From: Clostridiales bacterium
GTDB lineage: Bacteria; Bacillota; Clostridia; Christensenellales; UBA1242
DNA length: 64,000 nt
Reading direction: 5' to 3'
Assembly (NCBI GenBank): GCA_015055815.1
Contig: SVHM01000001.1
Coordinates: 169,774-233,773, forward strand
Positions 36,951 through 45,299 of the stretch are shown here, piece after piece (position 1 is the first letter of the stretch; each line of letters starts with the position of its first letter). Made by a program: the position numbers and the translations under genes. The notes under the pieces are model-generated. The model was given only the letters and a program-made list of their open reading frames with translations, searched no databases and was not told the DNA's origin.

Positions 36951-37526
36951 TTACAACCACCTTCTTTTAGGCATTGAAACACTTTTCTTATAATTCAAAA
37001 TAGACTTCATTGACACATCAAACTTATCTTTCCATGTTTTACCTTCATCAACAAATCCACTTATAAATAAATATTCCGCTACTACCAGTAGAGCAAAAAT
37101 ATTTTCATCAATTTTATGATAATAATTTATTTCACTTTCTATAGTAATTTCATCAGGAAAAATTGAATACTCAATAGTATATTCACCATTAGTAATTTCA
37201 ATACAATCACTTAAAATTTTATAGCCCGAAATTTTAACACCACTTCTTCTTATACAATCTATTCGCAATATTGAAGAAGTAGTAATTTCATTATAATTAA
37301 TCTTATTATTATAAACATTAATTTTTTTAGATAATTTTATTGGAAAATAATTTGTTGCAATATTACTATTTGCTAGATTACAAGCAACCATAATATTATT
37401 AATTTTTTCCAACGTATCATCATCGCTTTCAGCCTCATTATTTAGGTAATTTATTACATTATTTAAAGACAAAAATTTGCATGCATTTACCACTATGTTT
37501 TCAACCAACATACATACTACCTCCAA
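36951..37526 (-). CDS. phage-module protein (candidate head-tail adaptor)
   Basis: 191 aa. Position after the capsid gene. 10-nt overlap with the upstream ORF. Confidence 0.4.
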   Translation of the reverse strand: MEVVCMLVENIVVNACKFLSLNNVINYLNNEAESDDDTLEKINNIMVACNLANSNIATNYFPIKLSKKINVYNNKINYNEITTSSILRIDCIRRSGVKISGYKILSDCIEITNGEYTIEYSIFPDEITIESEINYYHKIDENIFALLVVAEYLFISGFVDEGKTWKDKFDVSMKSILNYKKSVSMPKRRWL

Positions 37527-37894
37527 TTACTTTTAAAAGCAGTTTTATTACTAAAATTTTTTGAAGAATTACTTGCAAACTTATAAATTTCTTTTAGATG
37601 ATATTTAGCATAATCTTTATACGATTTATTATAGTTACATTCAATATCTACATTGTTATTGTCAATATCATCAATGATTTTGTCAATATTATTAATACTA
37701 CTAAATAATACCAAATCTACAAATCTCACATCAAGATTTTCATAAGGACAAGTTAAACAATAAGTATTTTCTTGATTTTTATAATGCAATTCATACCTTA
37801 ATTTATTTGTATTATATACTACAAAATACCCATCATCTATTTCTTTAATTCTTTTACAAATATCAAATAAATCTTCATCAATTTTTATAAGCAT
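37517..37894 (-). CDS. phage-module small protein (candidate head completion)
   Basis: 125 aa. First ORF after the capsid hairpin. No motif recognised. Confidence 0.4.
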   Translation of the reverse strand: MLIKIDEDLFDICKRIKEIDDGYFVVYNTNKLRYELHYKNQENTYCLTCPYENLDVRFVDLVLFSSINNIDKIIDDIDNNNVDIECNYNKSYKDYAKYHLKEIYKFASNSSKNFSNKTAFKSNWR

Positions 37895-37919
37895 ATATCA
37901 CTCCTACTTTTAAAATAAT

Positions 37920-37951
37920 TATGCTGAGCAAATATAGTATTGCTCAGCATA
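37920..37951. terminator. perfect 12-bp hairpin immediately after the capsid gene (intra-operon attenuator candidate)
   Basis: TATGCTGAGCAA-8 nt loop-TTGCTCAGCATA. Minus-strand downstream context is ATTATTTTA, and the plus-strand context is TTTTT. Confidence 0.55.
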
Positions 37952-37964
37952 TTTTTAATATTTA

Positions 37965-39140
37965 TTAAGCACCAATTATACCAGATAATTTAGCTTGATT
38001 ATTTGGTCTATTACATAGAAGTTCAGCATACTTAACAAGAGTTGCAGTATATACTGGGTAACCTTCTTTTTGTTTAATGATTTTTCCATCATTACCTTCA
38101 AGCCATTGCCAATCACCCAATTGACAAAGTTCAAACTCTTTAGTGTTAAGCATAAACATTTCATCATCTTTTACAAATCTATCTGTAACTACTGGAATAC
38201 CATTATATGAAATAGCCTTAAAGCCACCTTGTAAATTCATAACATCTACATTCTTTCTATAAGCACTAATACTTTCTTGATATGCTCTTCTTACAGGAGC
38301 AGAACACACAATAAAGTCAATCTCACCACCGGCAACTTCTTCTATTTCATCAATAGCTCTCTGCATAACAGTTTCACTTAGTTCACCCACTTCAGTTTTT
38401 ACATATGGATTTAACCATTGATGCATAGTTTTATCAAGTCCATACAAAGTTGAAGAACTATCAAAAATTTTACCAAGACCAGTAATCTCATTGTTCAAAC
38501 CGTTAACAGTTGCTAAATGCATTCCATTGTAGTCGGCGTCAGCAAATCTATCAAATGAAATTTGTTTATTTACTCTATCAATATTTTGAACAGTAATTGG
38601 CTCGTATGAATTTGAATATGCTTTTTTATTGCTATTTACAAATCTACATACAGTATTTTCAATTAAATTTTTAACGTTATCAAGTTTTATAAACTCATCA
38701 GCAATTTCATTTGATGCTGATACAGTTGCAAGAATACCACTTCCATCGCCATATAGCATTCTACCTAGATTAAATGTACTAGATTTAATCAAACTTTCCA
38801 TTTCATCATTAAGAAGATTTACAAACGCACCCGCACTATTTTGAGAACATCTTATAGCCTTGTCTGTAATTTCAATAGTTCCGTATAAATTTTTCAAAGT
38901 CAATACAAATTGTTCATATTTCTTTCCATGACCCTTTGGAAGTTCACCATCTTCACTTCCTGCAGTAACACCACCACTTATTCCGTGTGATGTTGTTTTT
39001 CTAATTTCATTTCCATATACATTGTTTGTTGTTTGTTTAATTTTTGTAAGTAATGGGTTAGCACCAACATTTAATTGGTTGCCAATCACTCCTAAATACA
39101 CTGTTTTTAATGCATTATCTGCTGTTTCTAATGTTATCAT
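37965..39140 (-). CDS. phage major capsid protein (HK97-fold type)
   Basis: 391 aa. Position after the scaffold gene. LNDEMESLIKSSTFNLGRMLYGDGSGILA resembles the conserved capsid-family helix/loop region. Confidence 0.8.
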   Translation of the reverse strand: MITLETADNALKTVYLGVIGNQLNVGANPLLTKIKQTTNNVYGNEIRKTTSHGISGGVTAGSEDGELPKGHGKKYEQFVLTLKNLYGTIEITDKAIRCSQNSAGAFVNLLNDEMESLIKSSTFNLGRMLYGDGSGILATVSASNEIADEFIKLDNVKNLIENTVCRFVNSNKKAYSNSYEPITVQNIDRVNKQISFDRFADADYNGMHLATVNGLNNEITGLGKIFDSSSTLYGLDKTMHQWLNPYVKTEVGELSETVMQRAIDEIEEVAGGEIDFIVCSAPVRRAYQESISAYRKNVDVMNLQGGFKAISYNGIPVVTDRFVKDDEMFMLNTKEFELCQLGDWQWLEGNDGKIIKQKEGYPVYTATLVKYAELLCNRPNNQAKLSGIIGA

Positions 39141-39149
39141 ATTTATCTC

Positions 39150-39803
39150 CTAAAATTTAAACATATTCTCAACAACCCTTTTTGCATCTTCTAAACTACT
39201 AACATTATTACTAGAAGCTACCCCCCTAGTAACACCCGAATTATTAATATTTATCGGACTTTGAAAGAATTGAAGAGAATTGACATATTCTTTAATTATT
39301 TTGTTTTTGATTTTTTCATTTGAGAATATAAACTTCTCTAAAAATTCTTCATCTTCCACAAGTTCTTCTGTTTTTCTATATTTCTTTTCCAAAACCCTAC
39401 TATATGCTTTTTCCAAGCCATCTTCTTGATTTTTCAAATCTTCATCACTAATTATTTCATTGGTTATTTCTTCAACAAAATCACTTGCTTTTTCGTGAGA
39501 TTGCAGAAACTCACTTATTTTTGATTGCCAAGCAAATTCATTTTCTGAAAGTTTCGTTTCTTGTTGTTCGGGCACACATTTCAACTCACTTTCTTGCAAT
39601 TTTTTCTCTACTTCACTCAATTTTTGACACTTGCGAGTAAACTCACCTTGTAACTCGTTATAAGCATCAAGCAAAGTTTCAGCAGACTTAAATTTGCCCA
39701 GTGGAGAGCCTTCAGTACTTGTAATTCCATTTTCCACATCTGTCGCTACAGTTTGAATATCTGTACTTTCTGGTTGTTCTCCAACATTATTTATTTCTTC
39801 CAT
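39150..39803 (-). CDS. phage scaffolding protein
   Basis: 217 aa. Acidic and helical. Located between portal and capsid. No prohead protease gene is present. Confidence 0.65.
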   Translation of the reverse strand: MEEINNVGEQPESTDIQTVATDVENGITSTEGSPLGKFKSAETLLDAYNELQGEFTRKCQKLSEVEKKLQESELKCVPEQQETKLSENEFAWQSKISEFLQSHEKASDFVEEITNEIISDEDLKNQEDGLEKAYSRVLEKKYRKTEELVEDEEFLEKFIFSNEKIKNKIIKEYVNSLQFFQSPININNSGVTRGVASSNNVSSLEDAKRVVENMFKF

Positions 39804-39818
39804 ATTTTATTCTCCATT

Positions 39819-41705
39819 TTATTTTTCATTTTCTACTTTATTTAAATTTTCTAAAAAACTTTTATGTTCTTTCACGTGATTAAGCATACTTTCAAGTAAG
39901 TATGGTTTTTTCTTCATTGCTTTTTCAAGTTCACTTCCAAGCATAAATGCCGTATGTTCGGCAATATGTATATCATGGTCGTCAATATCAAGTGGAGACT
40001 TTATTTCATTATTAATTAGTAAATTCACATTTTCTTTTGTTGCATTATTAGTTTGAAGAGCCTTTATGTCATGACTAGTCTCCCAAATACCAAAACCCAA
40101 CTGCTCAAGAATTTTACTTCTCATACTATTACTCAATTTTCCATCTTCATCATTTAAAAGACCTGCATTTAATATTTCAAAAATCATACTTCTCTTTTGA
40201 GCCAATGTCTCATTCATTTCATTTTCCGTTTCAAATACCACTTCTTCACTATTAATGTCTGAGTTTTTCCAATAAAACAACTCAACAGAGCCATTTTCTC
40301 CAACAATTCTAGTTGTATGTTCTGTCATTGCATACTGTTTATAAAGCCTTAAAATTTGTTTTGCAATTTCTTTTGCACAATATCTAATTTCTTCAGCACT
40401 CGAAACAAGTTTTGCTTCATCTTGCTCAATTAACAATTGCAAAGCCACACCACTAATATTTCCGTGAGAAACAGATGCAGACTTTAATAAATCACTTACA
40501 CCTGAAATTGTTACAAACTCTTCAAGTAACGCTTCTTCTTCAGCCTTAAAATCAATAGGCAAATTGTCTGAAGACAACATTTTAGGAATATTAGCACCCT
40601 GTCTATAAATCAATACTTTACCCGGCGACAAACCTTCTTCTTCCAAATTTTCAATATCCATAGACCCATCTTCAACAGCAAGCACACCCATTGTAAGTCT
40701 ATTTAAATATTCATGTTTTCTATTCTTTACCGCATTAAACGATCTTTGAATAGGTATACACCTTTCAATTACACTATTACCCCAAAAACAATTTGGCATA
40801 GGAATACTTACTTGTTTAATGAACGGAAAACCCCTTTTATTTTCAGCACGATTTATATATGGCAATTCTCCCATGTATATAAGTTTATTTCCAGCAATTA
40901 TAATAAGCCTACCATTTGGATATTCAACAGTTGGCTTTACATATTTTTCAAGAACCAACACTTGATCATTTTTTACTTTTTTAGCCAGAGAACTTGACAT
41001 TGTATTATAGCCAAGACCGCCAGCGCTACCAACACTATCAAGAGTATACACGTCGATAGATTTACCTTCAACTTCAACACCCCAAATATTTTTGACAGCA
41101 TCTTTGTGAAAGCTTCTCGCATAAATGATTGACATACAATCATCAATGCTAGTATAAGTATTACTATCAGGGTAAATTTCAAAAGGACTAACAACACTTA
41201 ATTCAACATCTCCTTCTTTCAATTCTCTACCAATCTCATCTCTTCCAACAATTTTGCCACCATTATTATTCCAATCAATTTTGTAAAAAACAGTTCCGCA
41301 AATTTCACTCCAAAGGGTTCCTTGAGACAAAATTTTACTAATATTTAAATTATGACTTACAGCTTTTAAGATTTTTTTACTAGTTTTAGCACAAGCAATA
41401 TCATTCTCTTCATCTGAAAATGGCACTACTGTAAGAGACGGTCTAACCCTAGCAAGTTTAGCAAGCCTTACTTCAACCAAATTTGCAATATGATTATAAA
41501 CTTCTCGTTCTTGCCAAAAATACTGTTTACCATACTCCATAATTTCACCACTTGGTGAAATGTAGCAATACTGGTTTCCCAAAAAGAAATTAATATTTAG
41601 TTGCCAATTATTTTCGAACGATTTTCTTTCCATTTGCCTATACTTAAAGTCTTCAAGCACTTCATTTACGATTTTTTCTTCAATTTCATCTTTATTAATT
41701 TTCAT
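39819..41705 (-). CDS. phage portal protein
   Basis: 628 aa. Position after terL. N-terminal ERKSFENNWQLNINFFLGNQY motif typical of portal N-termini. Confidence 0.8.
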   Translation of the reverse strand: MKINKDEIEEKIVNEVLEDFKYRQMERKSFENNWQLNINFFLGNQYCYISPSGEIMEYGKQYFWQEREVYNHIANLVEVRLAKLARVRPSLTVVPFSDEENDIACAKTSKKILKAVSHNLNISKILSQGTLWSEICGTVFYKIDWNNNGGKIVGRDEIGRELKEGDVELSVVSPFEIYPDSNTYTSIDDCMSIIYARSFHKDAVKNIWGVEVEGKSIDVYTLDSVGSAGGLGYNTMSSSLAKKVKNDQVLVLEKYVKPTVEYPNGRLIIIAGNKLIYMGELPYINRAENKRGFPFIKQVSIPMPNCFWGNSVIERCIPIQRSFNAVKNRKHEYLNRLTMGVLAVEDGSMDIENLEEEGLSPGKVLIYRQGANIPKMLSSDNLPIDFKAEEEALLEEFVTISGVSDLLKSASVSHGNISGVALQLLIEQDEAKLVSSAEEIRYCAKEIAKQILRLYKQYAMTEHTTRIVGENGSVELFYWKNSDINSEEVVFETENEMNETLAQKRSMIFEILNAGLLNDEDGKLSNSMRSKILEQLGFGIWETSHDIKALQTNNATKENVNLLINNEIKSPLDIDDHDIHIAEHTAFMLGSELEKAMKKKPYLLESMLNHVKEHKSFLENLNKVENEK

Positions 41706-41928
41706 TTTCTTTCACCCTTTTTGACACAATTTTTTTGTTTAACATATTCTCAGGACTTTTAGGCACAATGTTTTTACCAATGGTTTTATAAAGTTCATTC
41801 ATACATGACTTACATAGATACAATCCAATTGATTTTATAAATCCTTCATTTTCAATCTTTACATCTGCAAAATTTTTACAATTTGGCATATCACATTTTA
41901 TCTTTATTTTACAATCAACTAAGTTCAT
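41695..41928 (-). CDS. small Cys-rich (zinc-ribbon-like) protein
   Basis: 77 aa. CKIKCDMPNC ... CKSC. Overlaps both neighbours (translational coupling). Confidence 0.45.
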   Translation of the reverse strand: MNLVDCKIKIKCDMPNCKNFADVKIENEGFIKSIGLYLCKSCMNELYKTIGKNIVPKSPENMLNKKIVSKRVKENEN

Positions 41929-42203
41929 TTTTTCTCCTTTAACTTACTTAATAATTTTTGTTTTTCTTTTTCTAACTCTTCATCTGTCAAGTTATACAGT
42001 TCATTTTCTTCCCCCTTTTCTTCTAATAACATTTGTATAGCAGATAAATCTGGTGGATAAGACTTAGTACTGGTTTTCCTTTTTTGCAAAACAAAGTCGT
42101 CACCCGAGAACCCATACTCTTCTACAACTTCTTGAGTAGTAAAACCAATCGCTTTATCCATCAAAGCTTTTTCAAGTTTTTTCCTTTCATTTTCTTTCTT
42201 CAT
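41925..42203 (-). CDS. small charged protein, possible non-canonical small terminase/DNA-binding component
   Basis: 92 aa. KRKTSTKSYPPDLSAIQMLL resembles the K..PPD..A..FWL motif of some TerS proteins. It lies downstream of terL, not upstream. Confidence 0.3.
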   Translation of the reverse strand: MKKENERKKLEKALMDKAIGFTTQEVVEEYGFSGDDFVLQKRKTSTKSYPPDLSAIQMLLEEKGEENELYNLTDEELEKEKQKLLSKLKEKK

Positions 42204-42246
42204 ACTGCATCCAAAAAGGTAATTGAAAATTTCAATTACCTTACCC

Positions 42247-43686
42247 TTAATACCTTATATTTTTTAACTTGTTTAACTTAATTAATTTTTCTTTGTTTTT
42301 TTGAATAATGTTTTTATCATTTTTTATATTTTTATTTTCTGGTCTATTCATTATGTAATATCGAAGTTCATCCAATGCATGATCATCTCGTTTAACAGGC
42401 AAATCATTATTTCCCCAAAAGTAACCTTTAATTTCCCTTATCAAATTAACACAATTTTTAAATATAAATAATTTCCTTTCTCCAAGTGCGTTTTTAAAAT
42501 AACTTTTTACTTTATTTATTCCGGAAAACATATCTTTATTAACCAATGGGCTAGTAAGTATACCGTTCTCGTAAAAAAGCTCAGTTACAGATTTTTCACT
42601 GGCCAATGTTTTTTGATTTGCCGCACTATCAATAATAGCTTCAATTTTGCCATTTTTAATAGGCCAATTCAAACTTTTTGAAATGTCTTTTATTCTATTT
42701 GAATGATACTCAACAGTTTTTTCTTTTTCATAATGCTCTGCTATTACATAAACATTACCATCATAATCACTTGCATACCAATGACAACTAAGGGGATTAT
42801 GCAAACCTGGATCAATTGATATTTTATCATACCAATCAATCGGTACCATAAAAGGCTCTATAACATTATATCTTTCATCAAACTCATTATATACAAGCCC
42901 CGTTCCACTAGTAAAATTTCCATATTTCCTACTATTTAACTCATCTTCACTAAGACTTTGTGTTAACTTTTTAATTTCATTTTTATTAAGATAGGGATTG
43001 TCCGCCCACTCCATTTGTTCATACCAAACATCTTCATCATTTCCTTCATTTAAATAAATTGTTCTATATACCCACGTCAAACCTTTTAGTGGTGTCATTG
43101 TTCCAAAAATTATCCCACATTTATCCAAAACTCTCATTTTGCATTCGATATAAATATCTTCTGGTGGCTCTTCATCAAACCAAACATAATCAAGAGAAGT
43201 TCCTTGGAATTTTTCTCTTCCTTGATCACAACTTTTGAAGCCTATTTTACTCGTTGTGCCAAATACATTTTTAACATAAATAGTATCAATTACACCACTA
43301 CTTGCACTTCCCTTTCTTCCAGATATCATTACAATGTCTGAAATCCATTCCTTTTTGAGATAACTTAATATTTTACTTTGAGCAACATCTCTTTGAACTT
43401 GTTGACTAAGCGATACTACCCAACCTTCTGTTGGTTTATTTTCTTTGTATGGGTGTATTCCCCTTGCAAGCCATACAGTCTCAACAGCCCCACATTCAGT
43501 TTTACCACTTCTATTTCCACCAAACACCCACCTATTTTTCTTGTCGCAAGTATGAAATTTTAATTGTTTTTCATGTTTTATCTTACCAGAATTATACCCA
43601 TCAATTTTATTGTCCCTTTTTCTTCTCTCTTGTTCAGTTTCTATTTGGCGAATTTTCAAAATTATTTCTTTTTCTGTCACAATCAC
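42247..43686 (-). CDS. terL: phage terminase large subunit
   Basis: 479 aa. Walker A GGNRSGKTECG, Walker B-like LDYVWFDEEP, C-terminal nuclease region with DHALDELRY. GTG start and no ATG in the first 60 codons. Confidence 0.9.
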   Translation of the reverse strand: MIVTEKEIILKIRQIETEQERRKRDNKIDGYNSGKIKHEKQLKFHTCDKKNRWVFGGNRSGKTECGAVETVWLARGIHPYKENKPTEGWVVSLSQQVQRDVAQSKILSYLKKEWISDIVMISGRKGSASSGVIDTIYVKNVFGTTSKIGFKSCDQGREKFQGTSLDYVWFDEEPPEDIYIECKMRVLDKCGIIFGTMTPLKGLTWVYRTIYLNEGNDEDVWYEQMEWADNPYLNKNEIKKLTQSLSEDELNSRKYGNFTSGTGLVYNEFDERYNVIEPFMVPIDWYDKISIDPGLHNPLSCHWYASDYDGNVYVIAEHYEKEKTVEYHSNRIKDISKSLNWPIKNGKIEAIIDSAANQKTLASEKSVTELFYENGILTSPLVNKDMFSGINKVKSYFKNALGERKLFIFKNCVNLIREIKGYFWGNNDLPVKRDDHALDELRYYIMNRPENKNIKNDKNIIQKNKEKLIKLNKLKNIRY

Positions 43687-43754
43687 TCCATTTATTACAA
43701 AAATTTATTTAATGAAAATTTAATGTTTTTGTATTTTTTATATATAATTTAAAT

Positions 43755-44468
43755 ATGTTAAAATTAATCATTTATCTTATTTTGATATGTAATATTTCCA
43801 TGCCAACAATCACTGTTTTTGCAAGTGAAAATTTTGCTCGAGCCGAAACAACTATTTATCTTTATAAAACCAGTACTGATAATGAAAATATCTCAAACAT
43901 CTATTGCATGATTGAGAAAGGATATTTTGTTCAAATACTTAATGAAGAAAATAATTATTACTCAGTTTATTATAATGGCATAAATGGTTTTGTAAAAAAG
44001 AATGATGTAAAGGAAATTATCAACACTCCTAATACACCATATCCGAGTAATATTCAAATAATTATAGGAAGCGATTGTAATTTAAGAAGCTCACCCACAA
44101 CCAATTCAAATACTAATAATATTATTGCTACAATTAAAAAAGATGAAAGCAATATAAACTTTATTGGAAGAATATTTTCGCAAGAAGTAATAGATTTTGG
44201 CGGTACTGTATGGTATTTAATAGAATATGACGGCAAAACCGGATATATTTATAATAAATACGTCAAATCAATAACACCAATATATGAAAATAACGAGAAT
44301 GCAAATTATAAAAACTCAATCAATTCATCAAGCGAAAATCCTTTAACACAAACCCCAAGTCTAATAATTGTATTAATTCTTTTTTTACCAAGTATATTCC
44401 TAATTTTCTTACTATATTTACCAAGAAAATTGAAAAAACCTAGTAAAATTTCTAATGACAAATATTAG
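43755..44468 (+). CDS. surface protein: signal peptide, two SH3b-like domains, C-terminal TM anchor
   Basis: 237 aa. N-terminal hydrophobic leader ending VFASE. GINGFVKKNDV and KTGYIYNKYV SH3b-type strand motifs. C-terminal LIIVLILFLPSIFLIFLLYL plus a basic tail. No Shine-Dalgarno is visible. Confidence 0.6.
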   Translation: MLKLIIYLILICNISMPTITVFASENFARAETTIYLYKTSTDNENISNIYCMIEKGYFVQILNEENNYYSVYYNGINGFVKKNDVKEIINTPNTPYPSNIQIIIGSDCNLRSSPTTNSNTNNIIATIKKDESNINFIGRIFSQEVIDFGGTVWYLIEYDGKTGYIYNKYVKSITPIYENNENANYKNSINSSSENPLTQTPSLIIVLILFLPSIFLIFLLYLPRKLKKPSKISNDKY

Positions 44469-45003
44469 AATTGTCAATCACACATACTTTAGACACTTGA
44501 TTAAACATCCTCCCAACAACTACACGTTTTAAAAAATCATCTGCTATATTTGAAGACACAATTTCGTTGTAAACACCTAAAAACCATGGCTCTGTTTCAT
44601 AATCTTGAAAGAAATTCTCGTCGTATCCAAGTTCAATCATTTTATTGGTAAAACTTTGAAGGGCAGAAACCTTTCTTCTAAAAAACGTTCTAAGACTAAT
44701 ATTCATAAGCTCTGCGACTATAACACTCGTCACACCATCCACAAAAGTAAGGACCAATAACCTCCTATCATTCAATGAAATACCCGTCAAAGCATCTTCC
44801 ACAGCTACTTTAAGATTTATCAATTTCCTTTTTCGCTCTATAAACTCAATCATTTGCCCCGTCTGTAAATATGTAGATTGATATCTTTGCAATCCTTCAC
44901 TATTGCTACTAGTTCCAGTTTTTAAAATTCGTTTATCGACCGTCTCCGCCATAGACTCCAAATATCTATATATAGACAATGCTGACTTACTCCAGTATTT
45001 CAT
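44452..45003 (-). CDS. RinA/ArpU-like phage late-gene activator (sigma-70 region-4-type HTH)
   Basis: 183 aa from ATG 45003 (GGGAGG Shine-Dalgarno). LNDRRLLVLTFVDGVTSVIVAELMNISLRTFFRRKVSAL is a region-4-like HTH. The general layout resembles RinA as recalled. Position is upstream of terL. Confidence 0.5.
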   Translation of the reverse strand: MKYWSKSALSIYRYLESMAETVDKRILKTGTSSNSEGLQRYQSTYLQTGQMIEFIERKRKLINLKVAVEDALTGISLNDRRLLVLTFVDGVTSVIVAELMNISLRTFFRRKVSALQSFTNKMIELGYDENFFQDYETEPWFLGVYNEIVSSNIADDFLKRVVVGRMFNQVSKVCVIDNSNICH

Positions 45004-45017
45004 AAAACCTCCCAACG

Positions 45018-45071
45018 ATTGAAAATTTCAATGTCACCTATAGTATAATGTATAAAATCATCCAAAGTCAA
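45018..45071 (-). promoter_or_regulatory. promoter plus palindromic operator of the activator gene
   Basis: Minus strand reads TTGACT (45071..45066), 18-nt spacer, TATACT (45047..45042). The palindrome ATTGAAA-A-TTTCAAT (45018..45032) then lies between the -10 and the Shine-Dalgarno. Confidence 0.45.
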
Positions 45072-45299
45072 AACATTGTGTCATTTTTTTGTATAAATTT
45101 TTCAATTTTTGTAAAATTTGTAAATTTTTGAAAAATTAATTACTTATAGTAATTATATTTTCAAACTTTTCAAAAAAAATTTTCAAAAAATTTTTAAAAT
45201 CCAATAAAAACAATCACAAAAACATAAAATAAGGTATTAATTTCATTGTCAAATATTCAAAAAATTGCTAAAATTTAAATAGACTGAAAGGAGAGAACA

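Larger units (their letters stand above)
34152..45071 (-). mobile_element. phage-derived late-gene module (activator, packaging, head, portal-vertex proteins, holin-like pair) lacking integration, replication, tail-fibre and endolysin functions
   Basis: Contiguous minus-strand genes with short or overlapping junctions. TerL, portal, scaffold and capsid are recognisable. Boundaries are taken from the terminator at 34152 and the promoter/operator of the activator at about 45071. No integrase or att repeat was seen by eye. Confidence 0.7.

Noticed and set aside
43378-43752. Three overlapping plus-strand ORFs (61-93 aa)
   Set aside because: All three are antisense to the 5' part of terL and have F/L/Y-rich shadow composition.
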